Positions 29,556 to 38,690 are shown, counted from the stretch's first letter. The stretch is DNA of 64,000 nucleotides from Candidatus Nanoarchaeia archaeon (GCA_035290865.1 DATDTM010000012.1:11134-75133), one strand, 5' to 3'. The notes: generated by a model from the letters alone, not told the origin. Translations and numbers: made by a program.

Positions 29556-29813
29556 ATGAAAACAGAACAGATGGTTAAGAAAGGTTTATTGGTAGGAGTA
29601 GGATTAGCTGCTTTTGCTAAAACCAAAGCTGAACAGGCAGTCAAAGAATTAGTTAAGAAAAGAAATTTAAGTCCTGCAGAAGGAAAAAAAGCCGTTAGGA
29701 AAATCTGCTTAGAAGCAGAAAAGTCAGGAAAGAAAGTAGCTGGTGTAATGCAGGCTGAACTGAAACGCTTGATTAAAGTAGTCAACGAGAAGAAGGGGAA
29801 GAAAAGAAAATAA
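29556..29813 (+). CDS. phasin-like small protein
   Basis: KKGLLVGVGLA...ELVKK..LS..EGKK; adjacent to the ABC1 kinase. Confidence 0.7.
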   Translation: MKTEQMVKKGLLVGVGLAAFAKTKAEQAVKELVKKRNLSPAEGKKAVRKICLEAEKSGKKVAGVMQAELKRLIKVVNEKKGKKRK

Positions 29814-29899
29814 TTAGTTTAAAAAGAATGTACTGCTAAAAAGAAGATTGATATAATCAGGAATACTGAATAAAACTAAAAAACAATCCTTAGAAAAAC

Positions 29900-30181
29900 C
29901 TACTTCTTCGCCAGAGTTATCTCAATAGTGCTTACCCTTACAGTTCTTCCTTCTTGGTTTTCAAACTCTTCGCTATCTATCCGAATATCTTTTACACCTA
30001 CAGTATTATCCATAAACCTTTTCCTAGCTACTTCTGCAATATCTACTGCTCGGCTGATAAACTTTCCTCTGGCTTTGACTATTACCTCGCTTGAGCCTTT
30101 GCTGGTAAACTGCATTACCACACCCGTAACATAATTCATGAAAGGCTTGTTTCCGATAAAAATAGAATTGTCGTTAGCCAT
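29900..30181 (-). CDS. albA: DNA/RNA-binding protein Alba
   Basis: IGNKPFMNYV, KARGKFISRAVDIAE, VSTIEI. Confidence 0.96.
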   Translation of the reverse strand: MANDNSIFIGNKPFMNYVTGVVMQFTSKGSSEVIVKARGKFISRAVDIAEVARKRFMDNTVGVKDIRIDSEEFENQEGRTVRVSTIEITLAKK

Positions 30182-30368
30182 GTTCTAGTCCCTCCATCTT
30201 TTTTCTATGATACACTCAGCAACTAGTCTGATTATAGCAAATGTGTTAAGTTTCCGTACATTTATTCACACATTTGCTATTAGGAGAAATGTTAAATAAA
30301 CTCAACATGCTGGTCTCGTAATGTTGCTACGGCAACATGTTCGTAAATTTAACACTTCGAGTATAAAT

Positions 30369-30557
30369 TTATTGCCCTTGTTTTTTCAGTCTGGTCATAT
30401 AACCAGCAATAATATTCCTCAACTTATTGGTATAAGTGTCCGCATATTTTGCAGTAAGGGCTTTATTCTGAGAGAAATCAGTAGTAAATTTATCTCCATG
30501 CTTGGCTAACAATTCTTTAGTTTTCCTTTTCAGTAAAGTTGATTTGATTCTACCCAT
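30369..30557 (-). CDS. rps17e: 30S ribosomal protein S17e
   Basis: MGRIK...FTTDF..NK...KLRNIIAGYMTR. Confidence 0.95.
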   Translation of the reverse strand: MGRIKSTLLKRKTKELLAKHGDKFTTDFSQNKALTAKYADTYTNKLRNIIAGYMTRLKKQGQ

Positions 30558-30676
30558 GTTAACTACTTTAAGAAGCAGGTATTTTATAAACCTTTCTTTT
30601 TTTATGCGTCAAAAGTCCAAGATACAAAAATAATAGTAAACTTTATAAATCAAGCCTTCAGTTTAGACTTCCAAAG

Positions 30677-30874
30677 ATGGAAGAAGCATCAGTTGAACCA
30701 ACCAGCCCGGGGCGCTTGAAAAAGTTTTTTAAGGAGACTATGCGGGTATTGCGTATTACCAAAAAACCTAATAAAGAAGAATATTTAACCAGCGTCAAGA
30801 TAACTGGGATTGGCATTGCCATTATTGGAGCTATTGGTTTCATCATCTTCCTCATCGTGCAATTATTTTTTTGA
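30677..30874 (+). CDS. secE: protein translocase subunit SecE (Sec61 gamma)
   Basis: RVLRITKKPNKEEY...GIAIIGAIGF; upstream of spt5. Confidence 0.93.
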   Translation: MEEASVEPTSPGRLKKFFKETMRVLRITKKPNKEEYLTSVKITGIGIAIIGAIGFIIFLIVQLFF

Positions 30875-30900
30875 AATAAACCATAAACTTAACTCAAAAA

Positions 30901-31368
30901 ATGAGCAGCAGCAAAATCTTTGCCATCAGGACTTCAGCCAATCGGGAAGACCAAGTAGTAGACTTTTTTACCTCTAAATTACAGAAAGAGACCCAGCATG
31001 AAGTCTACTCCATTATCCGACCACATGGCATGAGAGGGTACATTTTCGTAGAGACCGCCTCTAAAGAGGCAGCTGATGCTGCTTTACAGAACGTGCCTTA
31101 CGCTCGAGGCATCTTACCTAAAGAAATTCCCTATCTAGAGATCGAACATATGCTCGAACAGGTTAAAGTCGAGGTAAATATTCTTAAAAACGATATTGTC
31201 GAAATTATTTCCGGTCCGTTCAAGAGAGAGAATGCCAAAGTCATCCGGATCAATAAGCAGAAAGAGGAAATTGTAGTAGAATTATTAGAATCGGCTGTGC
31301 CCATTCCCATCACCGTAAAGATAGACGCAGTAAAGGTTATCCGCAGGGAAAACTCAGAAGAAGCGTAA
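30901..31368 (+). CDS. spt5: transcription elongation factor Spt5
   Basis: NGN domain (GYIFVE) plus KOW (DIVEIISGPFK). Confidence 0.95.
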   Translation: MSSSKIFAIRTSANREDQVVDFFTSKLQKETQHEVYSIIRPHGMRGYIFVETASKEAADAALQNVPYARGILPKEIPYLEIEHMLEQVKVEVNILKNDIVEIISGPFKRENAKVIRINKQKEEIVVELLESAVPIPITVKIDAVKVIRRENSEEA

Positions 31369-31370
31369 AC

Positions 31371-31685
31371 ATGGTTAAAACAGTTCTTTCGCTAGAGGAT
31401 ATTGATTTTTCTGGTTTTGAGTTGCCTCAGCCAGATTGCGCTTTATTTCCTATAGAAGCTGCTTTTCTGGAAGAAATATCCTGGAATTGCCTCTTGATTA
31501 GTTTAAAAAAAGCACCTGCTCTTACCGTCTTCAAGCATACTAATGGTTATTGTCCTTTAGGTAATTATGCCCTCGCTTATGCTTATGCAGCTCACGGAAG
31601 AAAAACAATTCCGGCAGAAGTGCTTCACCCGAATCATTTAGATATTCCTACTTACCTTAGAATGGGCTTAGAATTATTAGATTAG
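31371..31685 (+). CDS. hypothetical protein
   Basis: 104-aa ORF starting 2 nt after the spt5 stop. Confidence 0.6.
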   Translation: MVKTVLSLEDIDFSGFELPQPDCALFPIEAAFLEEISWNCLLISLKKAPALTVFKHTNGYCPLGNYALAYAYAAHGRKTIPAEVLHPNHLDIPTYLRMGLELLD

Positions 31686-31699
31686 AAAAGGTTAAGAAA

Positions 31700-31948
31700 A
31701 TGTTACAGCTAAATTTAGAATTAGAAAAATTATTTTCTGTTTTAGAAAAGAATAAAGCCCAGAAAGTTTTAATCCAGCTTCCGGATGGATTAAAACCAAA
31801 AGCAAAAGATATCCAGGAAAAGATCAAAAAGAAATTTCCCAAAATTAGGTTAACTTTCTGGGCTGGCTCTTGTTATGGTGCTTGTGATGTTCCTAATGTT
31901 TCTGGCTACGATCTATTGGTCCAGTTTGGACATTCAGAGTGGAGATAA
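31700..31948 (+). CDS. stand-alone N-terminal domain of diphthamide synthesis protein Dph2
   Basis: IQLPDGLK, SCYGACD, QFGH; only 82 aa. Confidence 0.8.
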   Translation: MLQLNLELEKLFSVLEKNKAQKVLIQLPDGLKPKAKDIQEKIKKKFPKIRLTFWAGSCYGACDVPNVSGYDLLVQFGHSEWR

Positions 31949-31979
31949 GACTTAGACCAATAACCAATTGTATCCCTGC

Positions 31980-32252
31980 CTAAAATCTCTCTCTCCCTCT
32001 TCTATCTTTAATTAAAACTTCTGGTAAAGAGGTATATTGAAAATTGTCCGTTAATGCTGCTTCGTAACTTTTTTGGGAAACTGGATAGACATAAATGACT
32101 GATTTTCCCGGAGCTTGACGAACTAAATGGCTTTTTATAGCCTTCTCTAGATTACCTAGAGCATCTTCCATACTTCCTCCTGTTCTTACCCCAAAAGTAT
32201 CCTCTAGCTGCAAATCTGGTGCTTTCTTTAACGGAACAACGCGATAGGTCAT
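31980..32252 (-). CDS. hypothetical protein
   Basis: 90-aa ORF. Confidence 0.5.
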   Translation of the reverse strand: MTYRVVPLKKAPDLQLEDTFGVRTGGSMEDALGNLEKAIKSHLVRQAPGKSVIYVYPVSQKSYEAALTDNFQYTSLPEVLIKDRRGRERF

Positions 32253-32357
32253 TTTTCTCTGGAGAAACCAATTAGTTAATAAAGATTATTGTGATGGTGA
32301 AATGACCAATAGGATAGAGATAATTATTTAAATAAAAGATCAGTTTATTCTTTTCAT

Positions 32358-32473
32358 ACGGCTGTGGTCTAACGGCATGATCCGAGCTTCCCAAGCTTGT
32401 GGCCCGGGTTCAATCATACTCGCTAGCGTTAATAGCTTTCCACGCTAGAGCATTGAAAGTCCCGGCAGCCGTA
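32358..32473 (+). tRNA. tRNA-Gly(CCC) with 45-nt intron at position 59/60 (32415-32459)
   Basis: acceptor ACGGCTG/CAGCCGT; anticodon arm CGAGC-TTCCCAA-GCTTG; T arm CCGGG/CCCGG; BHB with helix TTCA/TGAA and bulges ATC, AGT. Confidence 0.9.
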
Positions 32474-32500
32474 ATTCAATATTATAAATTAAGAGAAAAA

Positions 32501-33073
32501 ATGAAAATCAAAGAGATCGAAGTAGAAATCAGAGGCAGACTGGATTCTAAAAGCTACGCTGAACTAAAACTGTTTTTAGAAAAAAATGGTACTCACCACG
32601 CCAGCCAAGAACGGGAAATGTATTTATTACAGGATTATCCAGGTTATACCCCGGATTTTGTCGACCGTCCGATGGACATTAGGTTGCGCAATACCAACGG
32701 CCAGTGTGAAATTATGATGAAATGCGCTGTCCAAGGCGCACGCGAAGAAGTATCTCTAGAACTGAAAGATTCAAATTTGGAAAAAGCTAAGAAAGTTCTG
32801 AAAGGTTTAGGCTGCGCCAAGGCCATTTGGATGCACCGCCTAAAAGTGATTTATAAATACAAAGATATAGAATGGTCACTGGTGATTGCGCCCAACGATA
32901 TCCGCTATTACGAGGCAGAGTTGGTCGTGGCTAATGATCAGGAAGTAGCTCAAGCAAACCAAAGATTGGTCCAAGTGGCAACTGAACTCAAACTAGAAGT
33001 GTTAGACGATACCGGCACAAGAGCTTTAATTGAGAAACTGGATAAAGAAGCTAATAAACCGGTCCAACTTTAA
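32501..33073 (+). CDS. CYTH domain protein (class IV adenylate cyclase-like)
   Basis: EIEVEIR, IRLR, YYEAE motifs; upstream extension in the ORF track overlaps the tRNA. Confidence 0.85.
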   Translation: MKIKEIEVEIRGRLDSKSYAELKLFLEKNGTHHASQEREMYLLQDYPGYTPDFVDRPMDIRLRNTNGQCEIMMKCAVQGAREEVSLELKDSNLEKAKKVLKGLGCAKAIWMHRLKVIYKYKDIEWSLVIAPNDIRYYEAELVVANDQEVAQANQRLVQVATELKLEVLDDTGTRALIEKLDKEANKPVQL

Positions 33074-33075
33074 AT

Positions 33076-33170
33076 GTCAAAATGCTCGCGACCACCACCG
33101 GTCAGAGACCGGTGGCATGCTCGCCCTTCGGGCTCGGGTCGCTCACATCATAAGAGCTGAGCATTTTGAC
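33076..33170. repeat. palindromic element family B
   Basis: TIR GTCAAAATGCTC / GAGCATTTTGAC with inner CCACCGGTC-AGA-GACCGGTGG and GCCC-TTCG-GGC hairpins; copies at 40191 and 42128. Confidence 0.88.
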
Positions 33171-33291
33171 TTAGGAATGTAACTAGTGTTTAAACCACTG
33201 GTGAAAACACCAGTGGAATGACTTTATTCAAAACCAACAGCTTTTTAAACTATCCGAATATTCTTAATCTAATAAAAAGAGGTGATTAAAA

Positions 33292-33498
33292 ATGTGCATT
33301 TATGGATGGAAAGGATTAGTATTTTGTCTGTTATTGCTGCTAAACGTTTTTGTCTGGCCTTTATGGCAAGGCGTAGATGGGTGGATTGCATACTTAGCAG
33401 TATTAGGAGTGCTCTGGTGCCTATTAACTTTGATTTGGCCAAAATGGTTCAATGATAATGGTTATAGTGTAAAAGCCCCAGCTAAAAAGAAGAAATAA
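33292..33498 (+). CDS. small two-TM membrane protein
   Basis: SD GAGGTGA upstream; two hydrophobic helices and a basic tail. Confidence 0.7.
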   Translation: MCIYGWKGLVFCLLLLLNVFVWPLWQGVDGWIAYLAVLGVLWCLLTLIWPKWFNDNGYSVKAPAKKKK

Positions 33499-33633
33499 AT
33501 CTTTCTTTTTTTTCTCTTTTTCTAGATTATTTTTATAAAGAAGTAACCATTTCCCTTTCTAAGCCTCATGTTGTTTGCCAGCGGGGCATACTCAGAAACA
33601 AGTTTCTGGTCGCCGCGCTGTCTCGTGCTGCTC

Positions 33634-33775
33634 GCCAGCGTGGCACAATCCGGTACTGCGGCGGATAGAATCAAGCCGAATCTCGAATCCGGATGGAAAA
33701 CCGCTCCCGCAAGGGACTCTCGGTTCAAATGAGAGATAAGAAAAACTTATTTTTCGGAAGGTCCGAGCGCTGGCG
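33634..33775 (+). tRNA. tRNA-Ser (probably CGA) with three introns
   Basis: acceptor GCCAGCG/CGCTGGC, discriminator G, long variable arm TCCC-GCAA-GGGA; introns at 33665-33680 (30/31), an 11-nt anticodon-loop insert (~33686-33698) and 33730-33761 (59/60). Confidence 0.82.
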
Positions 33776-33777
33776 TT

Positions 33778-34140
33778 TTATTTTCTTCTTTTAGTCACTC
33801 TACCCTTAACCTGCTCTTTAATCTTCAAAGCTTTCTCATGAGTCTTTTCTCTTAAAGCTTTAGTCGCATCATAGATCTTATGCGAACCTCGCTTGAGATG
33901 CTCATGATAATAATGATAATGAAAATATCTCCGCAAGCTGTCCGCATATTCTTTCCCTACCCACCACACTCCTAAGATCAATAAAGGCCAAGAAAAAATA
34001 TAAATCACCGCTGAAAGCATCTGAAGATAAGAATCATAAAAATAAAAGATAAAGGTTATTTTACTCACCAAACCCAGAATTAAACTTAACAAGATCAGAA
34101 TAATACCCCAATAAAACTTTAATGAATATTTTAGCTCCAT
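33778..34140 (-). CDS. membrane protein, hypothetical
   Basis: two TM helices plus a basic tail. Confidence 0.7.
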   Translation of the reverse strand: MELKYSLKFYWGIILILLSLILGLVSKITFIFYFYDSYLQMLSAVIYIFSWPLLILGVWWVGKEYADSLRRYFHYHYYHEHLKRGSHKIYDATKALREKTHEKALKIKEQVKGRVTKRRK

Positions 34141-34178
34141 TTTAAGTAAGATGGTTTAAGTCTAATTAAACTTTTCCC

Positions 34179-35450
34179 CTAACCAAACTTAATTTCTTTA
34201 ACCGCTTTAATTTTCTCTTTGAAATATTCTTCTTTCAGACAGTTCTTCACCTGATTCTCCAAGCTAGGAAATTCTACTTTTATTTTAGCCATTATCTTTC
34301 CATCACTTTCAAAAGTATTCTTATTCTTCTTCTTGAAATCTTTGACAAACTCTTTTAATTTCAAGGGCGGACCAGGCCGAATTTCTTCCTCAGGCAAGAG
34401 CTTTTTAGCTAAAAAGAAATAAAACACTGCTTTTTTATCCCAATCCCAGCCGGATTGCTTTATCTCAAATTTGCTTAATTCTGTCTTCAGAAACTCAAAA
34501 GCTTTGACTAATTTAGCCCCCACTACATCTTCTTTCCCTGCCAAAGGCCCTATAGTAAGATAAACTAAATTATACTTATTTTCTTTCTCTCGCAATCTTT
34601 TAAAGCTGATTTCTTCCCGCTCAAAGTATTTCTGGTCTGGATGCTCCAGATATTCTCTGGCCACTTTCTTTAAAGAAATAAACTTTTCCAGAGATAAAGC
34701 CGCAGCTGCATTCCGGTCTTTATCTACCGGATCAATCACTACAATAGGAGATTGCAGCTTAGACTTATTGATCTGAAAAAAAACATCTTTCCCTTTATAA
34801 TATTCTTTAATATCAATCACTTCATTGATACCCATGGAGATAGCTGCTTTCAAGAAACCCTCAAAAGAACCGTATTTAGTGATTAAGATTTCTAGCACAT
34901 AGCCGCTGAAGCCAGAGATATAAGATTCAGCCCCGTATAATTGGTTGGCTTTACAGAACTGTTTAGCTAAACGAATTTCATCTTTCAATTTTTTAGCCTG
35001 GTGATTGACCCAGATTGCATGTAAAAGAGAAATATCTGTGATATTCAAAGCTTCCTCAACTTTTTTGATCTTTATAATCGGAACAAGCTCAAAATTGTAT
35101 TTTTGATAGACCAATTGGAAATAATCCCTGCTTCCATGTAATCTATTTAGTTTAACTTTAGGAAAAGCTCTTTTCAAAGCAGCATAAAGAAGTTCAGATA
35201 ATTCCGCTGATTTATCTTTATATTGCTGGTAATCGTATTGCACAAAAATATCAATATCATGGATACCAGAAAGCCAGGTATCTTTTTCCCCACTTCCTCC
35301 TAAGATGGCCTTAGCTCCGCTTAAGTTTGAATTTAATTTCTTCAAGAAAGAGTTCACCGCTGCTTTAACTTTCTGCGATTCAGTCTTATTTGGCTTGATT
35401 TTCTCTAAGACTTTCTTCTCTACTGCTTTTCTGAGGATTAAGTTAGCCAT
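34179..35450 (-). CDS. cca: CCA-adding tRNA nucleotidyltransferase (archaeal class I)
   Basis: GGSGEKDTWL..DIDIF, YGAESYISGFSGY, DPVD..RN. Confidence 0.94.
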   Translation of the reverse strand: MANLILRKAVEKKVLEKIKPNKTESQKVKAAVNSFLKKLNSNLSGAKAILGGSGEKDTWLSGIHDIDIFVQYDYQQYKDKSAELSELLYAALKRAFPKVKLNRLHGSRDYFQLVYQKYNFELVPIIKIKKVEEALNITDISLLHAIWVNHQAKKLKDEIRLAKQFCKANQLYGAESYISGFSGYVLEILITKYGSFEGFLKAAISMGINEVIDIKEYYKGKDVFFQINKSKLQSPIVVIDPVDKDRNAAAALSLEKFISLKKVAREYLEHPDQKYFEREEISFKRLREKENKYNLVYLTIGPLAGKEDVVGAKLVKAFEFLKTELSKFEIKQSGWDWDKKAVFYFFLAKKLLPEEEIRPGPPLKLKEFVKDFKKKNKNTFESDGKIMAKIKVEFPSLENQVKNCLKEEYFKEKIKAVKEIKFG

Positions 35451-35499
35451 ATCGGTAAAGAAAAGGTGGTTAGTTATATTAAACTTTGCGATGAGGGAT

Positions 35500-35595
35500 A
35501 TATAGATAATTGCGTTGATTATGTTATTCGTTTTGGCAATTATCTATATTAGAAATGCGTTTATTGTGTCACAAAATCAACGCATTTCTCTATAT
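35500..35595. repeat. TATAG-ended palindromic doublet / MITE-like element
   Basis: terminal IR ATATAGATAATTGCGTTGATT vs AATCAACGCATTTCTCTATAT; two internal hairpins. Confidence 0.6.
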
Positions 35596-35712
35596 TTAAT
35601 CCAGATTCTGTTCATCCCCTCGCGGGGGGTTGGTGGGTGGTTACTTACTTAACAGTGATGACTAAGCCAAAAACTTTATAAACAGAACCTCTTTCTAGCC
35701 TAAAATATAGCT

Positions 35713-37263
35713 ATGGCAACGAAAAAAGAAGAAGGTGCTCCTCAAGCAGAGCCTCAAACTGAACCTACTTTTCTGAAAGGCGTAGCAACGATGGCTACTC
35801 TGGCAGAAGAAGCGAGCCGCAAGTTAAGGACGGAAGTTCATGGGGACAGCTTTAGATTCAAAGATTTAGATTTATCTTACTTATTTCCTCAAGCCGTTGG
35901 TTCTGTGGAATATTTGGAGAGATTAGAGCCGGTAGTCAGCGAGTATTTAGCTCAAACAGCACGATTCGGGTTAGAGCAGGGCGACCATCGCGCCGGCACT
36001 CCTATTGAAGAGAATACTGCACACTATGAATCTACAGTTACAGAATGGATGGCAAAAGTTTACACCCCCAGAAAAGAAGAGATTGATAAAAAAGTGGATG
36101 ATGCTTTTCTTAGAATTACTAACCATGCTACTCAAGAATTAAGAGATCTTGCTTTTGCTCTTTGCTCTGGCTCTGCGGAGATAGATAGAGCTTTAGCAGT
36201 GGTGGGAAGGCCAGAATTAAGTTTAGAAGAGCTAGCCGGAAAAAAATCTGAACTTAAAACCAGATTCTATGAGGCGGAACTTCCCCATCCTGAAGATTTA
36301 ATCAAATTGTACGAATTATGTTTCAATGCCGAAGTCAAACAGCGAGGCTGGATGGAGTTAAAGGATGAGAAATTAGCTGAAGCTTTGGAAATGGAAAACG
36401 TTCCCTTAGAAATGTTTGCGAAATATACTGGAAGGGAAGTAAAACTGCCGGAAAAGCAGCCGAATGAAGAATTAAAGCCCAAAAAGAAAAGGAAACGTAG
36501 GCAGATACTGGATATCTTGAGCGGTTCAACGCCGTCAGCTAGTACGGGAATAAGAATTAGCTTAACCGGACAGAATTCAGAATTTACTGCCCGCGACCAT
36601 GTGGAAGGCTCAAATTATGTTAAAGCGTTACGAGCTCTGCGTACTTCTTACGCTAAGAAAAAATGTCCCGCTCAACCAACTATCACCATTAACGGAAAAA
36701 TTTATGTTCGACCGCCGACATTGTATGAAGTTCTAACTGCAAGAGTGAATGATTTCAATAGCAAGACGAATCCAGACGGAACTCCTCGTGAGAGTGAAGA
36801 TCTTCTGCGTTTCTTTAATGTAGCTTTAGATTCCTGTACCGGTAGGCAGTATCGTGGTGGAACCAGCAAATTCAAATTAATTCCCATCTGCCCACAATTA
36901 GTCGCTTTATCTGCTTTGCCTCGAGAGAATTATTTGGAATTACCTTACGCTGATTCTGTAGGTGAAGAAAGAGATAGCAATAATGGGAAGTATAATGTTA
37001 ATTTAAGCAAGAGTGAAGTGCTGAAGCATCCGGACTGGATTTTTTTAGCTAACGGAGACCGCTCTTTGCTTGGCGCTACTTTTGATATTTTTACACAGGT
37101 TTGCGGAGGCGATAAGGATTGGAGGGGAATGGCTGTTTACATCAATCCTTTGCCGCAAAAAGATGCATTGAGGTCGCTGTGCGTCAACAGCCACAGCTAT
37201 CAAAGTGATGCTGACGGCGGGGACTTGCACTACTGCAGCCGCTTCCTGTACGGGTATAGTTAA
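35713..37263 (+). CDS. coiled-coil protein with C-terminal DGR-target-like (CLec) domain
   Basis: ends LRSLCVNSHSYQSDADGGDLHYCSRFL in a GC-rich, partly NNC tract; downstream nested hairpin at 37262-37301. Confidence 0.65.
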   Translation: MATKKEEGAPQAEPQTEPTFLKGVATMATLAEEASRKLRTEVHGDSFRFKDLDLSYLFPQAVGSVEYLERLEPVVSEYLAQTARFGLEQGDHRAGTPIEENTAHYESTVTEWMAKVYTPRKEEIDKKVDDAFLRITNHATQELRDLAFALCSGSAEIDRALAVVGRPELSLEELAGKKSELKTRFYEAELPHPEDLIKLYELCFNAEVKQRGWMELKDEKLAEALEMENVPLEMFAKYTGREVKLPEKQPNEELKPKKKRKRRQILDILSGSTPSASTGIRISLTGQNSEFTARDHVEGSNYVKALRALRTSYAKKKCPAQPTITINGKIYVRPPTLYEVLTARVNDFNSKTNPDGTPRESEDLLRFFNVALDSCTGRQYRGGTSKFKLIPICPQLVALSALPRENYLELPYADSVGEERDSNNGKYNVNLSKSEVLKHPDWIFLANGDRSLLGATFDIFTQVCGGDKDWRGMAVYINPLPQKDALRSLCVNSHSYQSDADGGDLHYCSRFLYGYS

Positions 37264-37380
37264 CCAAGAAAGTTCTTTAGCAGAAAGAACGCCACTTGGT
37301 TTACTATAATGAGGTCGCAAGCCGAATGTAGCCCATCGTCGTCGCACAAAAATGTTTAGGTTTGCGAAAACTTTTTATTG

Positions 37381-38634
37381 CTAATCTAACCCATAGAAAC
37401 AAAACTTCCAGAGTGGCATCCAAAATATATTTCCTTTCTGCCCTTCCACATCTCTGGTAATCAAAAAAGCTTTTTTTATCTTTAAGCTTCCCCCATACTT
37501 TTCTAAGAAAAATTCCACCCAACGGAGATCATTTTTTCTAATCTCTGAAGAATATTTTACCTCAACCGGCAATGATTCTTTCAGGAAATCTATCTCTTTT
37601 TCTTTATCTCTCCAGTAATACTTTGCTTCCAGCTCAAATCCAACTAAACTCTCCGCATACTTGTCCTCTGAAACTTCGTAGGGGAGAGTAAGGCAAGGAT
37701 GGTAAGGATAAATTTTAGATAACTTGCGGGAAGCAGCCCGTAGTGAAGGGCGGAAATTTAATACCCTCTTTATCAGGAAAGAGAATTCTAAGTAAAATAA
37801 AGCTTTATATAATGTGGCTTTCGCTCTGCCCAACTCTTTAGCTAAATCATCTATGGAAATGATTTGACCGGGCTGGCCCAGAAATAAATTAACTAATTTT
37901 TCCAGCAATAAGATATCTACATCTTTGAATTCTTTGGGAATGTCTTTCAGGAGAATAGGCTCGATGACTGCTTCCCTTATGTAATTTTTAATAAACAAAA
38001 TGTCCGCTTCTTTTACTAAAGCAGGGAAAGGGCGGTAGAGGAAAGCACGAAATTCTTTTTTTAGCAATTCTTCATACAAAGCCGGCTTGTTTTCATCGAA
38101 TTTAGTTCCTTTTAGCTGTAGAAATTCTTTAAAATGAAGCGGCTTTAATTCGTAGTACATTGCTCTCCCAGCCAGGCTTTTCTTTGCCTCAGCAAGAATA
38201 GGCAGAGAAGCTGATCCCGAGACTACGATTTTAATATTATGATAATGGTCATAAAGTAATTTGGTGCTGGCTACCCACTCCTTCGCTTTTTGGATCTCGT
38301 CTAAGAATAAATACACTTTCTCTTTCCGGAAATCTATCCCTGTTAAAGATGAGTATTCCTCCAGAATTTCTTCTATTCTTCTGCTTTGAAAGTTGGGCTC
38401 ATCAAAGGTACAGTATAAGATTTGAAGCGGGGAAACATTACTTTTAATTAGATCTTCTATTAGCTGAAAGATTAGAGTAGACTTTCCCACTCGGCGCAAA
38501 CCAACAACTACCGTAATCATTCTGCGCGAGAGATCCTTTTGCAGGTTAAAGAACAGTTCCCGGCGTACTGCGGGAACCATTTCTGGCTTTACTTTACTTT
38601 CTGTCCACCAAGGGTTTAACTCATTTAGCTTCAT
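37381..38634 (-). CDS. AAA_14/DUF4143 family ATPase
   Basis: GLRRVGKS, FLDEIQ, SGSAS, EIDF...PVEVK. Confidence 0.92.
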   Translation of the reverse strand: MKLNELNPWWTESKVKPEMVPAVRRELFFNLQKDLSRRMITVVVGLRRVGKSTLIFQLIEDLIKSNVSPLQILYCTFDEPNFQSRRIEEILEEYSSLTGIDFRKEKVYLFLDEIQKAKEWVASTKLLYDHYHNIKIVVSGSASLPILAEAKKSLAGRAMYYELKPLHFKEFLQLKGTKFDENKPALYEELLKKEFRAFLYRPFPALVKEADILFIKNYIREAVIEPILLKDIPKEFKDVDILLLEKLVNLFLGQPGQIISIDDLAKELGRAKATLYKALFYLEFSFLIKRVLNFRPSLRAASRKLSKIYPYHPCLTLPYEVSEDKYAESLVGFELEAKYYWRDKEKEIDFLKESLPVEVKYSSEIRKNDLRWVEFFLEKYGGSLKIKKAFLITRDVEGQKGNIFWMPLWKFCFYGLD

Positions 38635-38635
38635 T

Positions 38636-38690
38636 ATTTGTTTTGTAACAGAACGAATATATAAGCTTTTCGTTCTTCAATAAAACAAAT
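38636..38690. promoter_or_regulatory. nested inverted repeats around the TATA box of the DUF4143 ATPase gene
   Basis: ATTTGTTTT...AAAACAAAT and AGAACGAA...TTCGTTCT bracketing TATATAAG. Confidence 0.55.

Noticed and set aside
33195..33218. CCAGTGGAA as an ORB replication-origin box
   Set aside because: No G-string and no cdc6/orc1 adjacent; the motif is part of the CCAC..GTGG palindrome family.
33522..33775. GC-rich region first suspected to be RNase P RNA, or the 68-aa minus-strand ORF
   Set aside because: No GAGGAAAGUCC-type P4 partner; better explained by a multi-intron tRNA-Ser on the plus strand.
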